A stretch of 64,000 nucleotides of DNA, from contig CATNEN010000005.1 in the NCBI GenBank assembly GCA_950097015.1, forward strand, positions 2,170,001-2,234,000, given 5' to 3'. The position numbers and the translations under genes are program-made. A model generated the notes under the pieces. The model worked only from the letters and a program-made list of their open reading frames with translations, was not told the origin of the DNA and searched no databases. This document shows, one piece after another, positions 35,350-47,532 of the stretch. This DNA comes from Macrostomum hystrix (lineage: Eukaryota; Animalia; Platyhelminthes). Each line of letters starts with the position of its first letter. The stretch's first letter is position 1.

Positions 35350-35812
35350 CCTCCTGCTTCGATTCTAGCTACGATTCTCGCCTCGATTCTAGCTACGATT
35401 CCCGCTTCAATTCTAGCTACGATTCCCGCCTCGATTCTAGCTACGATTCCTGCTTCGATTCTAGCTATGATTCCTGCTTCGATTCTAGCTATGATTTCTG
35501 CTTCGATTCTAGCTACGATTCCCGCTTCGATTCTAGCTACGATTCCCGCTTCGATTCTAGCTTCGATTCCTGCTTCGATTCTAGCTATGATTCCTGCTTC
35601 GATTCTAGCTACGATTCCCGCTTCGATTCTAGCTACGATTCCCGCTTCGATTCTAGCTTCGATTCTAAAAAAGTATTTTTCGATTCTAACAAAGACTTCT
35701 GCTTCGATTCGAGCTACGACTCCTGCTTCGATTCTAGCTAAAATTCCTGCTTCGATTCTACCCAAAACTCCTTCTTCGATTCTAGCTGAGCCTTGCGCTG
35801 CGATTCTATAGC
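35350..35812. repeat. Minisatellite, 24-bp unit GATTCTAGCTACGATTCCCGCTTC, just downstream of the AMN1 stop
   Basis: Visible; stop-free in one frame on each strand. Confidence 0.95.
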
Positions 35813-35956
35813 TACGGCTCCGATTCAAGATTTTGTCTGAGATTCGCAACGTGGTTATTTCTTACTCAGTAAATACTTTTAAATCAACTTGTGTATATTA
35901 AGCGTGAACACGAGAAACTTTCCAGCTTCAAAAGCGAAAAGATGCCTTAATCTGGC

Positions 35957-37634
35957 TCAGTAGATTGTCCAGAACAGCTGCTTGACTTTGCCGCCATTTC
36001 GCAGGCGCTCCAGGGCGTCACGTGACTCCACAGTCAGCAGAGGACAGTTCGTGAAGGTCAGGATGCTGAGTTTCGGACAGGAGTCCACCAAGCAGCAAAT
36101 GCTATCATCTGTTAGAGCTGCGCACTGATTGATCTGCAGTTCCGTCAGCTGGCGGCTCAGAGGCGAAGCTGCCAGCACGGCGACGCCTTTGTCAGTGATG
36201 GCGCAGCCGCTAAGGTTCATGCTGGTGAGGCTTCGGCAGCGCTGCGCGATAAATTCCAGGCTGGCGTCGGTGCAGGCTTGGCAGCCCTGCAGGTTCAGAA
36301 CGCGCAGGCAGCGACCCGCTGTGGCGGTTAGAGAGTCAATCACGAAGTCGTTCACCTGTTCATTGGTGTTGCGACAATAGGGGATGAGAGTAGAAGATAG
36401 ATTAAATTAGACGGCAAACCAATGTGTTCCTTGATCTCGAAACTGAGGCAAGGCCACATTCATTTTAGGCGCCCCACCCTCAATGCACAGAGATCGTGTC
36501 CATTGTCTGATGAATGCGTGTGCCTAGCTGCGAATCGACTGTCTACCAGTACAATATACGATGCGTCACTGCCCCATAGTCCTATCTGTACATTACATTA
36601 CATTACATTACTGTACATTATACAAACCAATGTTACGAGTAAAACGAAACTGAAATTGATTGTATTCTGGATTGTATGTGGTTTCTTTTTACTACTGATA
36701 ATAATAAAAAAAGCGAGTAGTATAGTACGTGCATTTTATTTTTTTACAAACCTGATTGCAGCGACGCAGCTGAACATCGCGCAGTCCAGTCAGTCTGGGC
36801 AGCAAAGTCAGCAGGGCTTGCGTTGATGGCGCCTCCCGGCTGCCCTTCATGGCGTTGAGGTTCAAGGATTGTAGAGACTTGCAGACGGCAAGGTGATTAA
36901 GACAATCGTCGGAGATGACATCAAAGTTGCTCCAGTCCACTCTAAGAGTCGCCCACGTGACCAACTGCGCGGCCTGCAGGCTGTCCATGCCAGTCAGCGA
37001 GCGCCGCGACATCATGTCATGCAGCTGGTTAAGAATGTAAGGTGGTAGGCTCAACAGTCTACTCAGGCTGAACTGCCTTATGTTGTCACAGATGAAGGCG
37101 GCTGATCTGGACAAGTTAAAAAGTAAAATGAAAAAAAAATGTTCTAGATAATATTTAGCTCACAAGGCTATTTTCAGTTATGAACAATTATAGAAAATTT
37201 TAGCAGTACCACTAATTATTAATATCTCTGCAAGGCAGTTAAAAACAACAGATTTTGAAAAAAAACTGTCTGCTGTAAATTTATGTATAAAAAAGAGTTC
37301 CAAATGTTACAAGCAGTAAATATGCTTAAAATGATATCATAGAAGAAACTAATTTTATAGTTTTTGTTGACCAAATGACAAAAATTTAACAAAGCAATGG
37401 AGACAAAGTCTTTTTAGATCTTAAGTTTAAGTTTAGTTTAAATCATAATATAATGCATTCCAAAGAAAAAAGCCATAAAGATTTTATCTACAATTTGTCT
37501 TTTGAAGTTATTAAAAGCAAATGAATAGTCTGATAGATAATGGTCTAAGAGATTCACGCAGCTATATATTGTGGCATCTTGCAACGCAACTCTAGGGCAA
37601 CAACAACATACCTCTTTCTTAATGAAGACACCAT
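35957..37634 (-). CDS. AMN1: AMN1 homolog (leucine-rich repeat protein), 258 aa, 3 exons
   Basis: Exons 37634-37612 (MVSSLRK, phase 2), 37106-36752, 36355-35957; GT-AG. Cys-containing LRRs, LNLNAMKGSR and C-terminal KQLFWTIY match the AMN1 family pattern (LNLNASKGNR; KQVTWTVY). Confidence 0.9.
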
Positions 37635-38825
37635 ATTTAACGTCCTAACACAGGTCAGGTCAGGTGAAGTTAATTTTAAGTCGACAAAGATGTTCGTAAA
37701 ACTGAAATACTTAAAAAAATTTAAATGACGCTGTGCGATAGAACGCTGTTGCTATAAGTATATTAAAAATAGAACTTTAAATAAAAAGATATGGCTGTAT
37801 CAAAAGCGACGGGAATAACACAAGTTTATATATATCAGGTAATTTTTACAATATTGCGCAAATGTTAAAACTAATGAGTAACTCTTTATAACGAATCAAA
37901 GAATTTTATAAAATAATTTGCTACAGATTATGCTAACTATTTCATGAAATATTTAACTACAATTTTTCGTTTTTTCTCTACCGTAGCAATTAAAAATTAG
38001 TATGTTGTTTTAAAATTACAAAAAATTTAAAAAGCGCCAGAAGTTTCTCAATGCCTTTCCTGGAACACATGCGTTTCATCTATATCTATGCAGTTGGTGA
38101 GGCTCTAAGGCTGTCAGTTAATTTTGAAACTTGCAAAAAAACAATACCTTTAACTTACAAAAAGAGGCATCCACGTGTGATGCCAAGTTCTAACTGAATT
38201 TTGTCGATCTATAGCTAGCTGGCTTTACAACTTTTCTTGTAATTGCAGTCTTGCAATCTTTCTGTTCAATTGGCCTAAAAAATCAGCAACAATACAAATG
38301 GATAATAGTAGTGTTGTGGGTACAATACCCACCACTAATACTGATAGTTAGCCTAGCTATATATAGCCACTCACGTCTTCTTACTTGCCATGGTTACAAT
38401 ACTGGACCCATGCAGCTGCCAGCTTGGGCGTTTAAGACTTTAATTTAATTCTACACTCCTCCCTACAGCTCACAGCTTCAATGTACGCTCGTATGTGACA
38501 TTCGCCGCATGTTAAACCGCATTGAAATACGGTCGCATCTAAAATCGCCAACGAAACTCTGATTGGCCAGACGTATATGTGTTTTACTATTTTAACCAAT
38601 ATAAACTGCAATGCACAATTTGAACTACTTAGAAGATGGATACATAAAGTAGACGTACAGCGCATTTATATAGCTTTCTTTTTTTATTCAGTACTTCGAT
38701 TGGGAAAGCAACTAACCTGCGGTTTAACGTGCGTTATGTCCCGCACACCAATATACAACTGGCTGCCATACTGACTACTGGTAATACGGCAACTAACAAC
38801 TTTACATAAAATTATGACAATACAT

Positions 38826-38878
38826 TGGTTGCAGCAGAAGTCAGGAGTCTTAGATCATGAAAATCATGGACACAGCAA
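38826..38878 (-). pseudogene. Relic of the FReD middle exon (third copy)
   Basis: TGGTTGCAGCAGAAGTCAGGAGTCTTAGATCATGAAAATCATGGACACAGCAA matches about 33825-33877 and 54834-54886 with roughly 5-6 mismatches in 53 nt. Confidence 0.7.
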
Positions 38879-40071
38879 TACAGACACTATGGAGGTATTA
38901 CAGCTAGATTTAATATTTGTTAGTAAAAATGATTAAATTATCTAGTTTTACATATAATCTATATATTGGCTAGGCTTTGCAAATTCATATGTACTATGCG
39001 CTTGTCTTAGATTTCCTCTTTTATCCAGATGTCCTAATCTTTGTGAGGACCCATTTTTTATCCCAATCATGCGCACTCAATATACCAAAAAATATTTTCC
39101 ACTCGTTTTTTTATCGTGTAAAATATTTTTCGTCAATCGTATCCAATAAATATACAGTACCTACAGCGGAAGAGCCCCTCCCAGGGCTGACCCGCGGGTC
39201 TTAGACCCAAACCTCTTAACAACAACAACATATAATCTAATGACGATGCATGTACCAGTATAAAACGTAATGAAAATTTACTCTTTCCTAGCTTAATTAC
39301 AGATTCCAAATTATGAGCTATAAAGCGGTATTTATTGCATTCGAGTATGCAAATATCGTATATTTCGTTTTTGCATTCCCGTTGAAAACAGAGAAGCATG
39401 AGAAAATATTAATATAGAGTAACTTTCTAGACACGCTGCAATTTTGCAGAATTTTCTATAGACTGTGAATGCATGAAGCAAATACAGTAGATGTGCTTAA
39501 CGTCTGCCTATAGAGAAAATTTACATAGCTTTTTTACCCAAGCACATGCAGCTTCTGCTGTGTTGTGTGAATCATTGCTGTTATACTGTTGCGTTATAAA
39601 TTGTTGCATGTTATATTGTGTGCACTGAGTGCATACAATATAATGCTACGCTATATATTTCCCGGGTGAAGACCATTTTCAAATACTGCCTATTTCACGA
39701 TAGCTCCCAAACCAAATGGCAGAAAATCGAAAAAAAGTATTTAATATACCACCGCGGTTTTTCTATTCTGCTGAGCGATGAATCGAATTTCAAAAGAAGT
39801 AGATTTTTTCTTTCATATAAAAAGATGAATGTTTCATATAAAGTGGCCACATATTCTGCTGCTCCGCATATCACTTGTAACACATATTAGCAATAATTTA
39901 TCATGCTGCATGATCGCATAAAATAACAAGGACTGAAGCGCTTCGTTAGTTTGCAGAAACTGTAAAACATACCGAATAAAATTCTACTGTATACTAGCTA
40001 GAAGGATTATAAATGCTATTTATAGATAATTTGCTTTGCAAAAGAGGCTCGTCTCTATTGAAGATCTCTAT

Positions 40072-40175
40072 TGTAGTCTTGTGGTTTGAGCGTCGGACTC
40101 ACGACTTGAAGGTCGGGGGTTCGTTTCCCGGCTCCAATGGAACAATTATTGTTCTTTAGCTAGACACTTTAGCTA
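40072..40175 (+). mobile_element. Decayed tRNA-derived SINE head (family 2)
   Basis: TGTAGTCTTGTGG (A box relic), GGTTCGTTTCC (B box relic), then CTCCAATGGAACAA as in the other two copies. Confidence 0.55.
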
Positions 40176-40424
40176 GTCAAATAATACAATAAGATGTCAA
40201 AAAACAAAATTTTCTGCTCGACCTAATTCAGAGTTTATTTCTGGAAAATGACCTATTTTGTTTTTTTAAACTTCAATTAAGGCAAAAACACATTTTTTGT
40301 TTCATTGACATCGCTAGACGTCGGTTATGTCGGAAAAGTTAACAGTAGTAAGACAGCGGGGTGTTTTAAATACCCACATTTCTACTTTTTCTTATATTCA
40401 AATATTCAACCAATCGACATAAAA

Positions 40425-40579
40425 ATCCACTACTCCACTATACACTCCACAATCCACTCCACTATCCACTCCACTATCCACTCCACTATCCACTCCACTA
40501 TCCACTCCACTATCCACTCCACTATTCACTCCACTATCCAATCCACTATCCACTCCACTATCCACTCCACTATCCACTA
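40425..40579. repeat. 12-bp repeat CCACTCCACTAT
   Basis: Visible. Confidence 0.95.
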
Positions 40580-41853
40580 TTCATGTCGGCTATCAGTCTC
40601 AATTTTTTGGATTTATTACTTTGTAAATTGTCACATTTTAACATGTATGGATTTGCCATAGAGTTTTGCCAAAGCATTGCTAGTTGTTATTGTCACAAGG
40701 GTATTCGACAAGAATCACTACTGAATTTCTCGACGATGCTGACTCAGATAGCTTTTGAAATTAGTTCATCGTAAAATGCGTAAAATGTGAAAAGTTGCAC
40801 TAAAAAAGCTATTTCAAAACCAAGTAAATGTCATGGCGTCAAATGAAAGACTGAAGCATCGGGTCAAGCTGCGTATCGACTATAACTATAGCCCGACTGA
40901 CTAAGCGCGGATGTGGTCATGGGATGATGCAATTTCTAGGAATGGGCATTCCTAGGCGCATAATTCGCGAGATTAAGCCCAAAATCCAGCCGACCAAACA
41001 GAGAAAGTCTTTCAGTTTATTATGGGACCAAATTCTCTATATTCTGTCCTAATCTAAAATAAACCAATGGCACGACAAGCCGGATTTAAGCCAAGTGCGC
41101 AGTCTAGAGAAAATAAACACACTGACACAGATTCGCGAGTTTAAATCGTTGGTCGCCGACATTTCAGACATTTGCACTACCTTCTCTGCAGTGTGGTGAG
41201 ATAATTACATTAACAGTTCGCGCCGAAATCTGCACACTATGTACTTGCTCTTCACCGCTGACTCACCTCACTTGAAGTTCACACTGTTAGTTCTGTATCT
41301 TATAGATTAGCTTTTTCGAAGTTCTACTACCATGACATCCAATAGTTTAAATGGTTTGGAACTTTCAGCATTTCAAAGCATTAAAAGAGGAAAATTTTAA
41401 CCCTTGACTTCTTTAGAAATCTTTATACAGCGATTGTGAATACGTCCAAGCAAAAGGTTATTTTTCAAGATTAGCACTTTTTCCCTCTTCTTAGTCACGC
41501 TAATAGTTGCTCTAATTCCACTGTGATATATGGATTTTTTCTCGCCGTCAGTTCAATGGCTTTTTAGACGAGATTAATTATAGTCGACGTGAAAATCTCC
41601 CCCGGTGGCCGTGATTGCTTCTTAATCCTCAATCCGGCTATCTCTCATCCCTCGACTTAACGAGTCCAGCAACTAGCTATATCTCTGCGTGGTCACTTTA
41701 TGCAGTATAAAAGAGTACTAACTCGGAAGGCCTTTCTGTTTAAGAGATGGAAGATATATTACTTACAAAATAGCGCAGGATAGAGGGGCCCAGGGTGGTT
41801 GCGAAAAGTGGCGCGACTTTGCAAACCCCCCGACTTTAGCGAGCCGGCTGGCT

Positions 41854-42841
41854 GGGTGCACCAACGCCGCCTCAACTAGACTGAGGTTCAGGGGTTTGGT
41901 GTGGGTGCACCAACGCCGCCTCAACTAGACTGAGGTTCAGGGGTTTGGCGTGGGTGCACCAACGCCGCCTCAACTAGACTGAGGTTCAGGGGTTTGGTGT
42001 GGGTGCACCAACGCCGCCTCAACTAGACTGAGGTTCAGGGGTTTGGTGTGGGTGCACCAACGCCGCCTCAACTAGACTGAGGTTCATGGGTTTGGTGTGG
42101 GTGCACCAACGCCGCCTCAACTAGACTGAGGTTCATGGGTTTGGTGTGGGTGCACCAACGCCGCCTCAACTAGACTGATGTTCAGGGGTTTGGTGTGGGT
42201 GCACCAACGCCGCCTCAACTAGACTGAGGTTCAGGGGTTTGGTGTGGGTGCACCAACGCCGCCTCAACTAGACTGAGGTTCAGGGGTTTGGTGTGGGTGC
42301 ACCAACGCCGCCTCAACTAGACTGAGGTTCAGGGGTTTGGTGTGGGTGCACCAACGCCGCCTCAACTAGACTGATGTTCATGGGTTTGGTGTGGGTGCAC
42401 CAACGCAGCCTCAACTAGACTGAGGTTCAGGGGTTTGGTGTGGGTGCACCAACGCCGCCTCAACTAGACTGAGGTTCAGGGGTTTGGTGTGGGTGCACCA
42501 ACGCAGCCTCAACTAGACTGAGGTTCAGGGGTTTGGTGTGGGTGCACCAACGCCGCCTCAACTAGACTGATGTTCAGGGGTTTGGTGTGGGTGCACCAAC
42601 GCCGCCTCAACTAGACTGAGGTTCAGGGGTTTGGTGTGGGTGCACCAACGCCGCCTCAACTAGACTGAGGTTCAGGGGTTTGGTGTGGGTGCACCAACGC
42701 CGCCTCAACTAGACTGAGGTTCAGGGGTTTGGTGTGGGTGCACCAACGCCGCCTCAACTAGACTGATGTTCATGGGTTTGGTGTGGGTGCACCAACGCCG
42801 CCTCAACTAGACTGAGGTTCAGGGGTTTGGTGCGGCTGCAC
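41854..42841. repeat. GC-rich minisatellite, 49-bp unit GGGTGCACCAACGCCGCCTCAACTAGACTGAGGTTCAGGGGTTTGGTGT x20
   Basis: Highly homogeneous tandem copies. Confidence 0.99.
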
Positions 42842-43536
42842 TGGCTCTGGCCGGTCGCGTGTTGATCGACTGTCCGCCGGGTATACTACTAGGTATAATA
42901 TCCGGGCATACTATTTATATCATCAAACTATAACCAAACTTTTGACCCAATTCTTGCCAAAAAAAGATTTTCTGCGGCCATAAATATAGAAAGCCTTGTG
43001 ATCAAAGTTGTGCTGTTTTATGTGAACACGTAGAATGTATAGAGGCATTTACTTGTAAATATACTTTGAAACCTGTATACAACGAGTATACTTGCTTGCT
43101 ATATCCAGAACTTTCCTTCGTCAGTAATCGGCCCAATGTCCATCCTCCATTTGCTCGCTCTATGATGCTGGGCAAGCCCTGTAATTTGCAAACGTCCATT
43201 GGCTGCATGCGGTGACTCTCTCTGCCCCCTCTATTTCTGCACCATCTGCGCGCACCCATGATATTACTTTTACTGGCACACACAGGAGACAGTCAAGACC
43301 AGGCCAAGCGCACACTAAGACTCATTGTTTACTGTTTAAATGCTTCCTCAACTCCATAGATGGATTAACAAACTGCATCAACTGATGGAAAGAAGTGTAA
43401 AATGGCCAGAACAGAAATTTGCGTCTAGCATTCATTTCCTGTCGCCACGTTTAAAGAGACCGACTGGAACAAATTAATACTAGCATAAAGTGTGTATTTG
43501 TCAAGAAAGCGTGCGAGATAGTTTCAAGCAAAGAAC

Positions 43537-46500
43537 ATGCCTCCAGGGCCGTATTTCATAACATCGGTACTGCCGCTGCTGCTGATGCAAGCCATCGCAT
43601 TGGCTCAATCGAAGGCAGGCTCTGATAGTGTTCAATACTTTTGCACAGAGTCTGCTTCTGTCATTCATGATGCTAAAAGTATCGCTAGACGATCTCACCT
43701 TGGATATCGAGTCGCTGTTCTCAAGCAAGGAATCCACCAGCATCTCCTGGTGTCTGATCCCCTGGCTTCACTCAATGAATCTAGTGCTACTAGCGGAGTG
43801 GTCTACCGACTGCTATTAAGCTCCGCTCTATTTAATGCAACACACGACCTGCGCAACAACAGTGTTGCTATACCATTTGAGTTCAACAATTCTTCGGATT
43901 TGCACGCGAACAGAAGTCTTGCCCAGTTTGGCGCCAGCATAGCAACTCTGTCGAGTGGTCAGTTTGCAATCTGCGCCCCTGGATACAATTTCGCAAACGT
44001 CTACAATCAGACGGTAACACCTGGCGTTTGCGCTTACTGGGATTCGATTGACTCAAACCCTCGCTGGCTTCAGAAATTATTTAATTATGTGCCGCACATA
44101 AGTAGCGCGGACGAACGCATGTTTGGCAACTGCTTGGGCGGCTTTGACGTTGAGCTGTTCGACGTCGCAGCACCAAAGCTGGCCGTATCAGGTCCGTTTT
44201 GCATGCACCACGATGTGGTCGTTGTATCGCTTGCGAACGACACGAAAGACATCTTAAAATCTCACAACATATACGGATACACAGGTTTCTCGCTGGCTAG
44301 CGAACGCGAGAAGTCAAAGCCGGACCTGTTCGTAACGATTCCTTGCTCCTTCACCACACGCAGTTTCACAGTCCTGAGACGCATTACTAATACCTCAACA
44401 ATTCAAGACATTGTGATGCATGTGGAGAATCCTGATTTTAACCAGCTAAAGAAAGCTTTCAACTACATGGGCTATTCCAGCGCTACTATAAAAACTGTTA
44501 GATCAAACCAAAATCATACAGCCCTTGTACTGGGCGCTCCTTTTGAGTCGAATGCCTCCATATTCGATTTTGGATGTGTCTACATAGTCCCAATAAGCGA
44601 TAAACACAGCAGGTACATGAGCTCAGAACTGGTGCTCGAACAAAGCCTGGTGCGATATTGCGGCAGAGATCAAGGAGGCAGGCTTGGAACATCCGTGATC
44701 AGCATCGGCGACATTAACGAGGATGGCAGTGATGATTTCGCCGTGGGCTGTCCTGGCTGTGGTGCTAATGGCACGGGAGCGGTTTACCTGTTTCTAGGCC
44801 CTACTAACTATCAAGCGGCACAAGGCGGCTTAAAACTTGAGCCATTCGAAGTTTTTGAGGCAGCCAGTGAATTCCCCGGCATCGTTGGCCTGGGCTGGAG
44901 CTTAGCCCTGGCTGGAGACCTTGACGGTAACGGCGCCAGCGAGTTAGTGGTCAGTGCCATTGGCAGCAATCACGTGATCCTGCTGCCTGCTAGGAAGCTG
45001 TTACAATTGTCTGTTGAAGTAAGTTATAAAAAAGGTGACATAACGATAAGCGAGCTTGCTGGTAAGGACTCCATTGAAGCGGATATGACACTATCGTTCA
45101 GTAGTAGCAAGGATTTCAATGCCAGTATTTATCTGTTTGATTTCGAAGTAAAGCTGGACGAGTTTGTGAAGATAGATAGCTTTCGACGTTTTAATGTAGA
45201 AGTAGTTGGCAGATCAGCGCTCAGCGGGGATGTTTGGCACAGGCCGACTAGAATAAACGGCGAAATAAATAAGCTCAAATTTTCGATAAAATTTCGAATA
45301 AAATTTACCCTCAACACAACTCGTCACTTGCCGGCCAGGGTTCTTCTAGGAGATTTGTTGCTACTCGTGCAGTGGCGCATGCAAAACCGCCGGGTTGCAG
45401 ACCAACCAATGCATCCGTTTCCAATAGTTTTTCAAAACGGCAAGCTCTCGTCCAACTACGAGAATAAATTAACGGTTAAATTTTTCGGCTTCAAAGAAGG
45501 CGTCTGCGAAGGTTTTTTGTGTCATGTGACTGGAAACCTGCGACTTGAGCTACTCAACAGCACAAGTTTCAATCTGAGTTCATACCAACCGATCACAATT
45601 GCTTTGCTAGTTAAAAAGGCATCAGAGGAACCTTTTTATGGGGGTGCTGCAATTCAATTTAACTTTAGCAATGGAATTTTAGTCTTAGGTAACGCCGAGA
45701 TACAAGAGAGGGGCGTCAGTAGACAAGTTGCCTATTGGAATGAGCACAAGGAGGTTCTGGTTGCGGAACCTTTTTCAATGCAGAAAGACATTTTAACAAA
45801 GACGGAAAGTGGTAGTCTGCTTGTCTATGTTCGGCTGCGCTTTGATGGCAAGCATTCAAGCTATCGAGCCAGATTTCATCTGATCAATGTTATCGCGAGC
45901 GAAGGCTACCAAGGCTACGTTACAAGTGAAACGAACGAGACAGACAATTACCAAGCGGTGGAGATAAAGTTCAATACAAGTTTGACGCTGAATCTTCTTC
46001 CAAAGAAAGCCAACTCAACTGTTGTTGATTCCCGAAAAAGCACAGACGAAGCCTACTTGAAGTCGCTCGAACAGCGTGTATCAGGCGAGGAAATCGGACC
46101 TTCGCTGCAGCACACTTATGAACTGTTTGCTGCCTCCAAGCCGATGCTGCCGGTGTACAATGTATCGCTAACTGTGCGAGTGCCCTTCGTGACATTGGAG
46201 AATAAGCTATTGCTCTTCTTTCCAAGGAACAGCATCAGATCATCGGTGCGAGCTACAGGTAGCCGGTTGCAGCCAGGTTTACCGTTCATTAGCAGCGATC
46301 CAGAAGGCTTCGTCGACAACAAAGATTTCGAGTGTCGGCCGGTGGAGGCTGATTTAGTGAAACTTCTGTTCCGGCCTGATTTAATCCTACTAGAGATGAA
46401 GCATCACAACAACGCTTCCGATCTGATCCGCTTAAGACGCGAGGTGCCAAGCCTCCCCAATGCGCCCAGGTTGCTTCCTGATCAAAATGTGTCCTTCATT

Positions 46501-47052
46501 TCTTTTGCGAAGACCAATAGCAAAGCATTACCTGACGGTAAAAGTAACAAAATAGTTCCCATTTTCGACTGTGATAGGCCAGAACTGGCTCCAGCAAAGT
46601 TACCTTTTAAGTGCATCACGTTCAACTGTCCAGTGCGAACTCTGATTGAGCACACGAATGCGACCAGATTCACTGCTGACAGAGTCTATCTGCACGTGCA
46701 CGCCAGGATTTGGTCGCCAACATTTTTTGACAAGGCGATCGCAGCTTTCAGCATAAAAAGCCACGTTACACTCGACTGGAAGCCTTCCACGGCCTTTCTG
46801 TACGTGGACAAAACGGACAATGCTAGTGTGCTGGAGACATTTCATTTTGTAAATGCCGAGTTCCCTATTGAGAAAGAAATTCCCTGGGGTTACGTTATAA
46901 TGGCCATATTCCTGGGCATCTGGCTGCTGCTGCTGTGCATCCTGCTTTTGTGGTACTGCAACTTCTTCAAAAGAGAGAAGTTCGACTACAGTTCTACAGT
47001 TCTATTGCCTATGACTGAGGTTGACGATGTTAACGACGACTTCTACAAATAG
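43537..47052 (+). CDS. Integrin alpha subunit (no I-domain), 1171 aa, single exon
   Basis: Signal peptide; FG-GAP repeats (QFGASIAT..ICAPG, YMGYS..LVLGAP, RLGTSV..GDINEDGSDDFAVGCP, LGWSL..GDLDGNGASELVVSA); furin-like RLRR site; TM segment IPWGYVIMAIFLGIWLLLLCILLLW followed by NFFKR (GFFKR variant) and a short acidic tail. Confidence 0.95.
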   Translation: MPPGPYFITSVLPLLLMQAIALAQSKAGSDSVQYFCTESASVIHDAKSIARRSHLGYRVAVLKQGIHQHLLVSDPLASLNESSATSGVVYRLLLSSALFNATHDLRNNSVAIPFEFNNSSDLHANRSLAQFGASIATLSSGQFAICAPGYNFANVYNQTVTPGVCAYWDSIDSNPRWLQKLFNYVPHISSADERMFGNCLGGFDVELFDVAAPKLAVSGPFCMHHDVVVVSLANDTKDILKSHNIYGYTGFSLASEREKSKPDLFVTIPCSFTTRSFTVLRRITNTSTIQDIVMHVENPDFNQLKKAFNYMGYSSATIKTVRSNQNHTALVLGAPFESNASIFDFGCVYIVPISDKHSRYMSSELVLEQSLVRYCGRDQGGRLGTSVISIGDINEDGSDDFAVGCPGCGANGTGAVYLFLGPTNYQAAQGGLKLEPFEVFEAASEFPGIVGLGWSLALAGDLDGNGASELVVSAIGSNHVILLPARKLLQLSVEVSYKKGDITISELAGKDSIEADMTLSFSSSKDFNASIYLFDFEVKLDEFVKIDSFRRFNVEVVGRSALSGDVWHRPTRINGEINKLKFSIKFRIKFTLNTTRHLPARVLLGDLLLLVQWRMQNRRVADQPMHPFPIVFQNGKLSSNYENKLTVKFFGFKEGVCEGFLCHVTGNLRLELLNSTSFNLSSYQPITIALLVKKASEEPFYGGAAIQFNFSNGILVLGNAEIQERGVSRQVAYWNEHKEVLVAEPFSMQKDILTKTESGSLLVYVRLRFDGKHSSYRARFHLINVIASEGYQGYVTSETNETDNYQAVEIKFNTSLTLNLLPKKANSTVVDSRKSTDEAYLKSLEQRVSGEEIGPSLQHTYELFAASKPMLPVYNVSLTVRVPFVTLENKLLLFFPRNSIRSSVRATGSRLQPGLPFISSDPEGFVDNKDFECRPVEADLVKLLFRPDLILLEMKHHNNASDLIRLRREVPSLPNAPRLLPDQNVSFISFAKTNSKALPDGKSNKIVPIFDCDRPELAPAKLPFKCITFNCPVRTLIEHTNATRFTADRVYLHVHARIWSPTFFDKAIAAFSIKSHVTLDWKPSTAFLYVDKTDNASVLETFHFVNAEFPIEKEIPWGYVIMAIFLGIWLLLLCILLLWYCNFFKREKFDYSSTVLLPMTEVDDVNDDFYK

Positions 47053-47380
47053 GATTTCGTAGGATATTCTTCACCTGTAAGTTGTAATAGTAATTGTTAA
47101 AGCGTGTTCAGTGAAACTCACTTATTATTATTACATTGTTTCTTACTGTCTACGGCTAACTTACTGTCGATTACTCATCGATCTTATCTCATTTATTTTC
47201 GTAGTCTGTGTAATTTATATTAACCAATCAATTTGTTTTTTAAATGGCGCCAGTTTTTTTAACTTATTTTCTCAAATAAAGTGGCTCAAATTATTTTCGA
47301 TTGGTTATCCTGCTATCTTTGTCCGATTGAGGTAATTTATTGTGTCAGCTGTTATTCCCGGAAGCGTGCTGTTAAACAAA

Positions 47381-47532
47381 AGGGTCACCTGTACAGATCA
47401 CCTATGCAGGAGAGTCACCTGTTAGACAGGAGGATCACCTGTTAGACAGGAGGGTCACCTGTTAGACATGAGGATCACCTGCTAGACAGAGAAGGGTCAC
47501 CTGTTAGACAGGAGGGTCACCTGTTAGACAGG
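47381..47532. repeat. 20-bp repeat AGGGTCACCTGTTAGACAGG, about 7 copies
   Basis: Visible degenerate tandem copies. Confidence 0.9.

Noticed and set aside
35298-35849. RIEAGIVA / ASILATIP repeat ORFs on both strands
   Set aside because: 24-bp tandem repeat that is stop-free by composition; no signal peptide or domain.
41854-42841. CRISPR-like array
   Set aside because: Head-to-tail identical units without unique spacers, eukaryotic context, no cas genes.
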